Positions 28,439 to 37,600 of a stretch of DNA of 64,000 bases are shown here, piece after piece. Position 1 is the stretch's first letter; each line of letters begins with the position of its first letter. The translations under genes and the position numbers were made by a program. Source of the DNA: Candidatus Poseidoniia archaeon (GTDB taxonomy: Archaea > Thermoplasmatota > Poseidoniia > MGIII > CG-Epi1); NCBI GenBank assembly GCA_030754655.1, contig JASLZX010000003.1, forward strand, positions 15,449-79,448, read 5' to 3'. The notes below the pieces were generated by a model, which saw only the letters and a list, made by a program, of their open reading frames with translations, was not told the origin of the DNA and did not search any database.

Positions 28439-29695
28439 GTGCGATTCCTGCTGTTGGCGACGCTGCTGGGGCTGGCGCTGCTGGCGCTCGCGCCGCAGGC
28501 CGAGGCACTCGAACTGCTCCACAACTACTACGAGCTGCGCGACGACACCGAGGCGCTGGCGGCGCAGTACCCCGATATCGCGATTTACAGCGAGCATGGC
28601 AGCAGCACCGGACCACTCGGGCTCGCCATCTTTTCAGTCGACGTCACGCTGAACATCACCACGCTTTCCGAAGCGGAGCTAGCGGCGCTGCCGACCTTCT
28701 ACGTCGACGGCGCACACCACGGCAACGAGGGGATGTCGTCTGAGGCGGCGTTCCTGTTCCTGCAGGACGTACTCGGGCGATCAGCAGCCGACCCAGACTA
28801 CCTGGCAGGCAAGCGGCTGGTGGTGACACCCATCATAAACCCCGACGGCCACCTGCTGGACTGCCGCAACAACTGGAACAACGTCGACCTGAACCGAAAC
28901 TATCCCTGGATGTGGGGCGCCTACGGCACCAGCGACACCCGCGGCTCCTGTCCCGTTCCGGGCACCTACCGTGGACCGAGCGCCGGGAGTGAGGACGAGA
29001 CGCAAGACAACATGGCGCTGATGCGCAACCTGAATCTCTACGCCTACTTTTCAGGCCACACCGGCTCAAATGACATTGTGTTGCCGTGGAAAATTACCGG
29101 TGAAAACGCCGTGCCAATCAAAGACTGGGCACTCTACGAACGGTTCCTAAACGAATCGACCAATGTCTCGGGACTCTCCTATCGCGACCCGGGGGGCGCC
29201 GGTGAGTCGACAGCGTGGGGCTACGGCGCACGCGGCGCGGTGAGCGTGATTGTCGAAGTTACCACCCTGCAGTGGGTTCCCGTCGAGGATTCGACGCTGC
29301 GGCAGGAGCTGGCGAACGAGCTGCTAATGTATGACATGGCGTGGGAAAACCTGCTGAAACTGGGCGGCCGCCCGGTGGTCATCGGCACCGGCCCCGGCGA
29401 ACTCACGGTGCGTAACGACGGCTGGGGCGCCGCCTACAATCTCTCGGCCGGCGGCATAATCCTGCCGCGGCTCGAGCCGGGCGAGACTGCCACGGTGGAC
29501 TGGCATGACTCGCAGCTGCGCTACGAGCGCATCCTGCGCAACCCCGAGCGCGATGTGGACGCCGATGGGGTGGTGACGCTCGAAGTCGGCACGCCGCTTC
29601 CAGATATCCTGAACCAGCCGGTGCCTGCAGTCTCGCCATTAGCGGTGTTCGTGGTACTGGGGCTGGCGGCGCGGAGCCGGATTATCCGGGCTTGA
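28439..29695 (+). CDS. secreted M14-family zinc carboxypeptidase with C-terminal membrane anchor
   Basis: Signal peptide; HHGNE zinc-binding motif, NPDG, NRNYP motifs; C-terminal hydrophobic stretch plus RSRIIRA. Confidence 0.8.
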   Translation: MRFLLLATLLGLALLALAPQAEALELLHNYYELRDDTEALAAQYPDIAIYSEHGSSTGPLGLAIFSVDVTLNITTLSEAELAALPTFYVDGAHHGNEGMSSEAAFLFLQDVLGRSAADPDYLAGKRLVVTPIINPDGHLLDCRNNWNNVDLNRNYPWMWGAYGTSDTRGSCPVPGTYRGPSAGSEDETQDNMALMRNLNLYAYFSGHTGSNDIVLPWKITGENAVPIKDWALYERFLNESTNVSGLSYRDPGGAGESTAWGYGARGAVSVIVEVTTLQWVPVEDSTLRQELANELLMYDMAWENLLKLGGRPVVIGTGPGELTVRNDGWGAAYNLSAGGIILPRLEPGETATVDWHDSQLRYERILRNPERDVDADGVVTLEVGTPLPDILNQPVPAVSPLAVFVVLGLAARSRIIRA

Positions 29696-30503
29696 CAAGC
29701 AGGTATCTGTGATAATGCAAACTGCCTGAATGGAATCCTTCATACACTGGAGTTCCCCGGACACCTGCGAACGTCTCAAAACTTTTTCTGATTGATTTCG
29801 GGACGTTCTCCCTAATTTGCTCGATTTTCGCTTCATTTATCTCATCCAGTGCAGCTAGAACCTCTCTGGTAATCTCCTTTTTTGAAACCAGTTTAAAACC
29901 AGAATCAACGAATAGGGATTGAACTTTCTGCATGGTTTCTTCATCTCTGAAATCAGTCCAGCAGAAATGCCCGCCCGCTCGGAGGACACGATTAACCTCC
30001 CCTACAAAGGCTCTCATGTTTCCATAACAATGAGATGATTCGACATTGTAAACCACGTCAAAAGCCGAATCATTTATCGGTAATGATTCCGCATTACCCT
30101 CTATGAAGGAAAGATTTTCCTGTTCGGAATACCATTTTCGGGATAGTCTGACAGCTTCTTTGGAAAAATCAACTCCAACTAATGACTCGGGTTTGCAATA
30201 CTTCGCTATCCAGGAAGCACCCCCTCCTCTCCCGGAACCCACCTCAAGGACTTCTCTCCCCTGCAAATCAATGTCTCTGATATTCATGTGATAGAGCTGG
30301 ATGAACAGTCGATTTGGTTCGTCTTCCCTGGACAGTTTTGGACCCTTGTCATCCTTGTACCCATAGTTCATAAAACGAAAATCAGACCTGCGATGTGCTT
30401 TAGCCAACCTCTGATACCACCATTTCCACATCCAATTGCGAACACGGCCTGGTGAAACTCTAAGAATTACCGAGAATAGCCGAGCTGGGAACCCCATTGC
30501 CAT
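29682..30503 (-). CDS. class-I SAM-dependent methyltransferase on a sharply low-GC (about 42%) single-gene island
   Basis: VLEVGSGRGGGASW motif I, acidic motif II (VGVDFS), FMNYGY N-region; GC drops from about 67% to about 42% exactly over this gene. Confidence 0.75.
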   Translation of the reverse strand: MAMGFPARLFSVILRVSPGRVRNWMWKWWYQRLAKAHRRSDFRFMNYGYKDDKGPKLSREDEPNRLFIQLYHMNIRDIDLQGREVLEVGSGRGGGASWIAKYCKPESLVGVDFSKEAVRLSRKWYSEQENLSFIEGNAESLPINDSAFDVVYNVESSHCYGNMRAFVGEVNRVLRAGGHFCWTDFRDEETMQKVQSLFVDSGFKLVSKKEITREVLAALDEINEAKIEQIRENVPKSIRKSFETFAGVRGTPVYEGFHSGSLHYHRYLLVKPG

Positions 30504-30584
30504 TTCTGGGCCTGACTAGTGGGTTGGGATTTATCTGTTTGGGAAACCGGCACCCTTTTTGACCCCCCTCACTGGCGCCGGCGC

Positions 30585-31370
30585 ATGCCTATCGACATCC
30601 GCGATGAGGGCGCGGTGCGGATTATCACTCTCAACCGGCCCGCGAAGCTGAACGCGCTCACCCTCGCGATGGCGACCGACATCTGCAACGCCGTGGAGTC
30701 CGCGGCGGCTGACCCATCAGTGCGCTGCCTGCTGCTGATCGGCAGCGGCCGCGCCTTCTCGAGCGGCGGCGACGTCAACGAGATGGGCGAGCACCTGCCG
30801 CGCGCGGGCGACCTGTTCTACCAGCTGACCGACCAGCTGCACGACACGGTCAGCGCGATGCTAACGATGCGAAAGCCGGTCGTCACCGCCATCAACGGCA
30901 TCGTCGCCGGCGGTGCTATCGGCATGGCGCTAGCGGGTGACGTGCGCATCGCGGCCGAGTCGGCACAGCTGCTCTCGGCGCACTTCAAACGAGGCTTCGT
31001 CCCGGCCGGGGGCGCGACCTACCTGCTGCCACGGCTCATCGGCCTCAGCCGCACGCAGGCGCTCTTCTTCGGCGAGCGGACCCTCACCAGCGCCGAGATG
31101 CGCGAGTGGGGGCTGGTGCACCACCTAGTCCCCGACGGGGAGCTAGTGGAATTCGCGATGACTGAGGCGCAGCGGCTCGCCGCCGGGCCGACGCAGGCAA
31201 TGGGCGAAACCAAACGGCTGCTGGCGGCGGCCGACAACCTCACCGCCGAAGAGCAGCTCGAGCTGGAGAGCGAGCGCAACCGCGATTCTGGCAACACCGG
31301 CGACGCGGTCGAGGGCATCACCGCCTTCCTCGAGAAGCGCGAGCCGGAGTTCGGCCGCTCAGAAAATTAA
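30585..31370 (+). CDS. enoyl-CoA hydratase/isomerase (crotonase family)
   Basis: ITLNRPAKLNAL, GSGRAFSSGGDV and crotonase fold. Confidence 0.8.
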   Translation: MPIDIRDEGAVRIITLNRPAKLNALTLAMATDICNAVESAAADPSVRCLLLIGSGRAFSSGGDVNEMGEHLPRAGDLFYQLTDQLHDTVSAMLTMRKPVVTAINGIVAGGAIGMALAGDVRIAAESAQLLSAHFKRGFVPAGGATYLLPRLIGLSRTQALFFGERTLTSAEMREWGLVHHLVPDGELVEFAMTEAQRLAAGPTQAMGETKRLLAAADNLTAEEQLELESERNRDSGNTGDAVEGITAFLEKREPEFGRSEN

Positions 31371-31384
31371 ACTTCTATAGTCGC

Positions 31385-31460
31385 TGGCGGGCCCGGGGGG
31401 ATTTGAACCCCCGTATCTGGGTCCGAAGCCCAGCAGGATTCCGAACTACCTCACGGGCCC
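31385..31460 (-). tRNA. tRNA-Arg(TCG) with encoded CCA
   Basis: Reverse complement GGGCCCG..CTGGG-CTTCGGA-CCCAG..GGGGG-TTCAAAT-CCCCC-CGGGCCC-G-CCA; perfect acceptor, anticodon and T stems. Confidence 0.8.
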
Positions 31461-31483
31461 GGGCGCGGATTATGGGGGGTGCT

Positions 31484-32152
31484 TTAGGCTTGGGGGAGGC
31501 GCGCCACGACTCCCGCGACGCGCGGCAGCTCGATGACCGCCAGCACGCGCTGCCGCTCCACGCACGCCTCGCGCAGCCGTCGCGCCATCTCCGCCTCGCG
31601 GCCGCGCTCGACGGCGGCGTAGCCGCTCAACGTGCACAGGTGGCAGTCCATTTCGAGCGCGAGTTCCTGCGGCGTCTCGGCTTTGAGGCCGCGCTTGCGG
31701 AGCCGTTTCTCGAGCCGGTCGCAGCGGAACCACTGCCAGGTCGAGACCGATTCCGTGAACAGCGTGGTGAACTCCTCCTCGATGAGATCGAGCGCTTCGA
31801 CCGGGACGTTGTCGGCATCGGCCAGCGCGAGCGCGTGGCGGAGAGCGGGAGGCGGGAGGCGCACGCCGTCATCACCCGCCACCTGGCGCAGCGCTAAGCC
31901 ATATAATTCCTCCCAGCCCGAGATGTCGAACGGCTCGCCGTCCCACTCGCGCAGCCCCGCGACCTCGCCGGGGCTGACGGCCAGCGCTAGCGCCTGCGGG
32001 CGCGCCGCGGCCCACGCCGCCTCCAGCTCCGGCAGCTCGCTCGCGAGCCCCTTGACCGTCGGGAAGATGGCGAGCGCGCAGTCGCCTAGCTTCAGCTCCA
32101 TGGCCCGCGCAAGCGCGCCGTGTAATAAATTCAGCCCAGCTTTGCGCTGCAA
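31484..32152 (-). CDS. hypothetical protein
   Basis: 222-aa ORF with genome-typical codon bias; the opposite-strand ORF is Ser-rich low complexity. Confidence 0.45.
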   Translation of the reverse strand: MQRKAGLNLLHGALARAMELKLGDCALAIFPTVKGLASELPELEAAWAAARPQALALAVSPGEVAGLREWDGEPFDISGWEELYGLALRQVAGDDGVRLPPPALRHALALADADNVPVEALDLIEEEFTTLFTESVSTWQWFRCDRLEKRLRKRGLKAETPQELALEMDCHLCTLSGYAAVERGREAEMARRLREACVERQRVLAVIELPRVAGVVARLPQA

Positions 32153-32298
32153 CTATGGGCGCTGTGGCAATCACCGCAAAGCATCGCTGAACAGCCGCGG
32201 CAAGCGGTGAGAGCGGGCGCGCCACACTCGGTGCAGAGGCCGGCTCGCATGAGGGGCGAGGCGCAAACCCTAATTTAGGATGGAGGCTGCCGCGCTCT

Positions 32299-32595
32299 GT
32301 GTTCAGAGCCAATAAGATTACCGTGTTCCTGCCGGGCGACGGCGAGACGCAGGTCTTCGAGAAAGTGAAGTTCCAGTCGAACCCCGAGGTGGGGGTGCTG
32401 GCTGTTTTCCCCGGCGAAGGCAAGGAGGCGCTGGTCTTCTCCGGCCTGAGCTTCCGCATCGAGATGGACGTGAAAGGCGCCAAGGAATCGTTTGAGATGG
32501 CCGAGAAGGCGCACAAGGTCTCGCGCGAGCAGATGAAGCAGATGTTCGAGCGCGAGTCGGGGAAGGGCGACCGCTTCAGCTCCAGCTTCGGGTAG
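32299..32595 (+). CDS. small hypothetical protein
   Basis: 98-aa ORF immediately upstream of and co-oriented with the HAD hydrolase gene. Confidence 0.35.
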   Translation: MFRANKITVFLPGDGETQVFEKVKFQSNPEVGVLAVFPGEGKEALVFSGLSFRIEMDVKGAKESFEMAEKAHKVSREQMKQMFERESGKGDRFSSSFG

Positions 32596-32597
32596 CC

Positions 32598-33239
32598 ATG
32601 GCGCTGAAACTCGTCGTCTTCGACATGGACGGAACGCTGCTGCGCCCCAAGTCGTCGTGGGGGCTGCTGCACGACTATTTCGGCACCGATAATTCCGAGA
32701 TGCTCGCGCACTACCAGCGACACGAGGTGAGCGACGCCGAGTTCGTCGCCACCGACCTTGCGCTCTGGGCCGCCGCCTATGGCGGCCCGGTCGATGCGGT
32801 GACGGTCAACGCCGTGCTCGACGGAGCCGAACTGCTGCCGGGCGCCGTCGAGGCGGTCGCCGGGCTGCACGCGGCGGGAGTCGCGACCGCGATTATCTCG
32901 GGCGGCATCGATTATCTCGCGCAGAAGCTGGCGGCGGAGTGGGGCATGGCGGAAGCGCACGCCAACCCGCTGTTCGATTCGCCCGCGGGGCTGCAGGGCG
33001 ATATTCGCGTCAGCCGCCACGCCAAGGCGCCGGTGATGCGCGGCGTGATGGCGCGCCATCACGTCGCGCGCGACGAGGTGGCGGCGGTCGGCGACACGGT
33101 GGTTGACCTAGACCTGTTCGCGCTCGCGGGGACCAGCGTCGCGGTCAACACCGATGACGAGCGCGTCATCGCGGCGGCGACGCACCACCTGCCTGACGAG
33201 TCGCTCGACGGGCTGCTACCGTTATTGCTTCCGCGTTAG
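32598..33239 (+). CDS. HAD-superfamily hydrolase (phosphoserine-phosphatase-like, HAD-IB)
   Basis: VVFDMDGTLL motif I, later GDxxxD motif. Confidence 0.75.
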   Translation: MALKLVVFDMDGTLLRPKSSWGLLHDYFGTDNSEMLAHYQRHEVSDAEFVATDLALWAAAYGGPVDAVTVNAVLDGAELLPGAVEAVAGLHAAGVATAIISGGIDYLAQKLAAEWGMAEAHANPLFDSPAGLQGDIRVSRHAKAPVMRGVMARHHVARDEVAAVGDTVVDLDLFALAGTSVAVNTDDERVIAAATHHLPDESLDGLLPLLLPR

Positions 33240-34556
33240 CAACGCCCCAATCAACGCCGCCGCGGCCGCGACCAGCGCCAGCCGGTCCAGTCCTGGCGAG
33301 GGCGAGATGGCCCAGAGCGCGAGGCTGAAGCCGGCAAAGAGCAACGCGCTCTGCTGCACCACGGCGCGGCGCGACTGCCCCACCTGCAGCATCAGCACCA
33401 GCACCAGCGCGAAGGTGAGCGACGCGAGGCGGAACGGCGCCGCGTAGCCAAGCAGCGTCCAGAGGCTGGTGCCGAGCAGCGGCCCGATGGCACGCGACAG
33501 TGCGCCCAGCGACTGGCTCAGTCCCAGCACCGTCCCCTGCTCCTGCGGCCCCACCGCGCGCGAAATTAGCGCGTTGAGCGTCGGCTGGATGAAGCCACTG
33601 CCGAGCGAGAAAATCGTCGTCGCCAGCGCAACGCCTTCGAGCGTCGTGGTGTAGGGAATATAGCCCATACCGAGCAGCATCAACAGCGCCCCCGCGCGCG
33701 AGGTCCACGCTTCGCCGCAGCGGCGCACCGCCGGGCCGACGAGGCCGCCCTGCGTCACGATGCTGACGCCGCCCATGTAGGCGAACAGCACCCCCGAGAG
33801 CCGCACCGGCAGGCCGATGCGTTCCTTCGAAAACTCGACGAAGGTGCCGAAGATTATTGAGAACGCCAGCAGGTAAAGCGTGAAGATTACCAGGAGCAAC
33901 CCCAGCCGCGGCTGCCGCAGGTAGGCGAGCGTCTCGCGCAGCGCTTCCCCCGGCGAGACGCGCGGCCGCACCACGTGGCCTGGCGGAAGCGACTCGGGCA
34001 GCCAGCGCCAAGCGCAGAAGAGGTTCAGCAGCGCCAGCCCCGACCCGAAGAATGCCGGCAGCCAGAAGCCCCACTGCCCCAGCAGCCCGCCCAGCGCCGG
34101 CCCGCAGACAAAGCCCAGCCCGAAGGCGACGCCGAGCATCCCCATCCCCTGCGCGCGCTCCTCGGGCGGCGTCACGTCCGCCACGTAGGCGTACGCGGCG
34201 GCGTAGTTGGCGCTCATCACTCCCAGCATGATGCGCGACAGGAACAGCACCCCCAACAGCAACCGCCGGTCGTCGCTCAACCCCAGCGCCGGGTCGGCCA
34301 GCCCGAACACCGCGTAGGCGACAGCCGCACCGCCGAGACCGAGCATGATGACCGGCCGGCGGCCGATACGGTCGCTCAACCGGCCCCACGCGGGAAGGCA
34401 GGCAAACTGCGCCAGCGAGAAGGCGGTAATCAGCAGGCCGACGGTGAGGATGCTGCCGCCCAGTTCGGCCACGATATAGTTCAGCAGCGGGATGAACATC
34501 GCGAACCCCGCAAGGTCGATGAACATCGTCAGCATCAGGATGTGGAGCGGCTTCAC
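33222..34556 (-). CDS. MFS transporter
   Basis: 12 predicted TM helices; GRLSDRIGRRP MFS signature between TM2 and TM3. Confidence 0.8.
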   Translation of the reverse strand: MKPLHILMLTMFIDLAGFAMFIPLLNYIVAELGGSILTVGLLITAFSLAQFACLPAWGRLSDRIGRRPVIMLGLGGAAVAYAVFGLADPALGLSDDRRLLLGVLFLSRIMLGVMSANYAAAYAYVADVTPPEERAQGMGMLGVAFGLGFVCGPALGGLLGQWGFWLPAFFGSGLALLNLFCAWRWLPESLPPGHVVRPRVSPGEALRETLAYLRQPRLGLLLVIFTLYLLAFSIIFGTFVEFSKERIGLPVRLSGVLFAYMGGVSIVTQGGLVGPAVRRCGEAWTSRAGALLMLLGMGYIPYTTTLEGVALATTIFSLGSGFIQPTLNALISRAVGPQEQGTVLGLSQSLGALSRAIGPLLGTSLWTLLGYAAPFRLASLTFALVLVLMLQVGQSRRAVVQQSALLFAGFSLALWAISPSPGLDRLALVAAAAALIGALLTRKQ

Positions 34557-34600
34557 CGGCCCGCAGGCGGGGGGTGGATAACAGCCTGCGTTACAATCAC

Positions 34601-34606
34601 TTATAG
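34601..34606 (+). promoter_or_regulatory. TATA-like hexamer (TTATAG) about 30 nt upstream of the giant adhesin ATG
   Basis: Spacing compatible with a leaderless or short-leader archaeal transcript. Confidence 0.25.
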
Positions 34607-34633
34607 CCCCGTGCGCTCTGTCACACTCCCGGG

Positions 34634-37600
34634 ATGATGATTTTCATGCGCAAGACCCTCAAATATTCGTTCGCCGTACTAGTGTTTGCATTCCTGCTTT
34701 CACTGGCTGCCTCCGAGGCTTCCGGTGAAGTGGACCTGACGATTACCTCCTTGGACTACACTAATGACTTCGATACCGGAGATCCTGTTACTATCGTCCA
34801 GAGCGGGAAGGATGCTGACACTGTATACAAGTATAATTTTTACGACGATGACAACGATGACTGCGATGAACAGAGGTGTCTCCCCGAGAATTGGTATGCG
34901 AAGAATTTTGACGACGCAATCTGGAGTTCAGGAGCCGCACCCTTCGGCAATAATGACCAGGCCGGCGCCAGTCCGGGCACGATATGGCAAACAGAGGAGG
35001 ATCTGAATGACCACATCGTAATTCGCCATCACTTTACTTACAGTAATGAGTATGATGCAATCAGTGCTACCCTGAACCTGGCCTACAATAACTACTATGT
35101 CGCCTACCTGAACGGGAACCTTATTCGAGACTGCTATTCTTACCAAAACAATAATAATTGTTACCAAGGCGACACTGCATACTGGAACAATGAACTAACC
35201 TATAACGGAGGCTCCCAGTCAGGGCCTAATCAAGATTGGCTAGTCGAAGGTGACAACGTACTTGCCATACTAGGAAGAGACAGCACTTGGGGTGGGGACC
35301 CTAATCAGTGGCTTGATGTCGAGTTCGTGGTCAACGTCCAGTCCTGGAGGGAAAAACCGATTATCCTCGGTGATGACGTGTGGCTGAGGGTGATTACTTC
35401 CAACGTAGGAAACGAAACCGCTGAGAACTTCAACGTCACGCTGGCGGTCGAGGGTGAGGAGCTGGGGAATGCTACCATAACGGAACTGGCACCTAATGCT
35501 ACGGCTGAAAGTGTGTTCTACTGGACTCCGGAGGCGCTCGGAGACTTTAATCTTGTGGCTTTTGCTGATGCTGGGCAAGATGTTGGAGAAAGCGATGAGG
35601 ACAACAATACCCTGAATCGCACAATACACATTGGGTTCTATGCGTACAATATTGCTGTGGAATCAAACCATGTTGTAGGAAATGCTACAGAGATTTTCAG
35701 GTACAATCTAACTGTCACTAACGAAGGCGACGTGGAAGACAATTTCACCCTCTCAGCCTCAGGTATTTTCTACAATTGGGATTGGACCCTTACGCCCAAC
35801 GTACTTCACCTGCAACCCGGAGGGAGCGGGAATGCGACTCTTGAAATAGTTCCGGACAGAGAGACATTGGCTGGGAATTACTCCGTGTTCATGAGTGCCA
35901 GGTCTCAGTACTATAGTGAATTCAGAGAGAACGTAGTCCTGAGTGGCCGGGATAACGAGACAGAATGGTGGTGGGCCCATTCCAATAGCAGTAACACGCG
36001 ACTCTACTATTGCACGGACAATGATGAACCCGACGACCCAGATTATGAATGCGATATTAGCTGGACCGAACTAGACTTCGACTATGATGACAACTGGACC
36101 CTTGACCCGGCACCCTTCGGAGATACCGACATAGGCAATGTAGACAACAACACGGTCTGGCAAGGCAACAGTTACGCCTACTTCCGCCATATATTCACTA
36201 TCGATAATATTTCGGCTTACGAAGGGGGCAGCCTGAGCCTGAATACTGCGGCAAACAACTACGGAACCTACTACCTGAACAGCCAGATAGTGTTCAATGA
36301 CATGCGGCAGGGTCAGGGCCACACCGCGAATTACTGGAACGATGAAACCCTGTTTGGACCCGAACTCTTGCAGGAAGGCGAAAATATCCTGGCATCAGTA
36401 GTCCGGGAAACTGGAAACACCCAGTGGTTTGATGAGGAAGTCGTGGCTGTTTTCTCCCAATCCGCAGCCTGGGATTTCGTTCCGCTACCACTAGAACTGG
36501 AAATGGAGATACTGCCGACCTATAATTTCTCGCTCTCGGCCCCCATTAGCAACAAGCAGATTCCGGACGACACTAACTACACCTTTGAAGTCTGGATTAC
36601 CAATCTAGGAAACATCGGAGATACCTATGAGATGGTAGTCACACTAAACGACACCTACAACTTTACAATCCTTAACTACACCACTACTGAAATGCACAGC
36701 GTTGTTGGAGAAGGTGCAATAGGTTACATTAATGTCACCATGCGCGACCTTATCGAGGAAGACGCGCGTGGCGGTTTCAATGTTACTGTAATTTCGCGCA
36801 ACTCGACCGAACAACTCACTAAATGGATTGAGCTGACTGCAATGCTCTATATCGTGCCTGACACACTGCGTCCTGTTACGGAGGCTATAACAGATCCACT
36901 CGTCAACTCGACCTCGTTCCAGGTAGGGTGGGAAGTAGCCGAATGGTATCGCCTCGACGATGTGCTCGGCAACGACACCTTGGTGGTGACCGTCGAATAC
37001 CGGCGCGACAACGGCAGCGGCAGCTGGGAGGAGTGGCAAGTGTGGCAGGTCTTCACGGCCGAGGACGAGGACAATCCGCTCGGCAGCGGGAGCGGAACCT
37101 TCTCGCTGGGCGAGGACGGTCGCAGCTTCCAGTTCCGGGCAACCGGCCTCGACGATGACGGGCTGTTGGAGGACAAGACGGGACGCAATGACACCGAGAC
37201 GCTGGTCGACACAACCCCGCCAACGGTCGCCGTTTCCAGCGACCCAGCTGGCGCGCTGCTCAGCACCAACTACCTCGAGCTGAGCTGGGAGAGCAGCGCC
37301 AGCGACCTTGCGGGCTACGACCTGCAACATTCGTTTGACGGCGGAGCGTGGGAAACGCTGCTGGCCGACTCGCTCGCGACGCGCTACGACTACTACGTCA
37401 CGGCCGACGGCAGCCACGCCTTCCGCGTCATCGCGAGCGATGACGCGGGCAACCGTGACGTGCCCGACACGCCCCAAATCAGCATGGTCATCGACACCGC
37501 AGCCCCGACGGGGAGGCTCGCGCCGCTGGAGCCGCTGACCGGCGCGCTAGCGGTGACGTTGCTGCCATCGCAGGATAACGCCAGCAGCTACAACCTGAGC

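Noticed and set aside
33166-34389. 407-aa minus-strand Arg/Ala/Gly-rich ORF overlapping the MFS transporter in another frame
   Set aside because: Low-complexity composition; the MFS frame shows 12 TM helices and the family signature.
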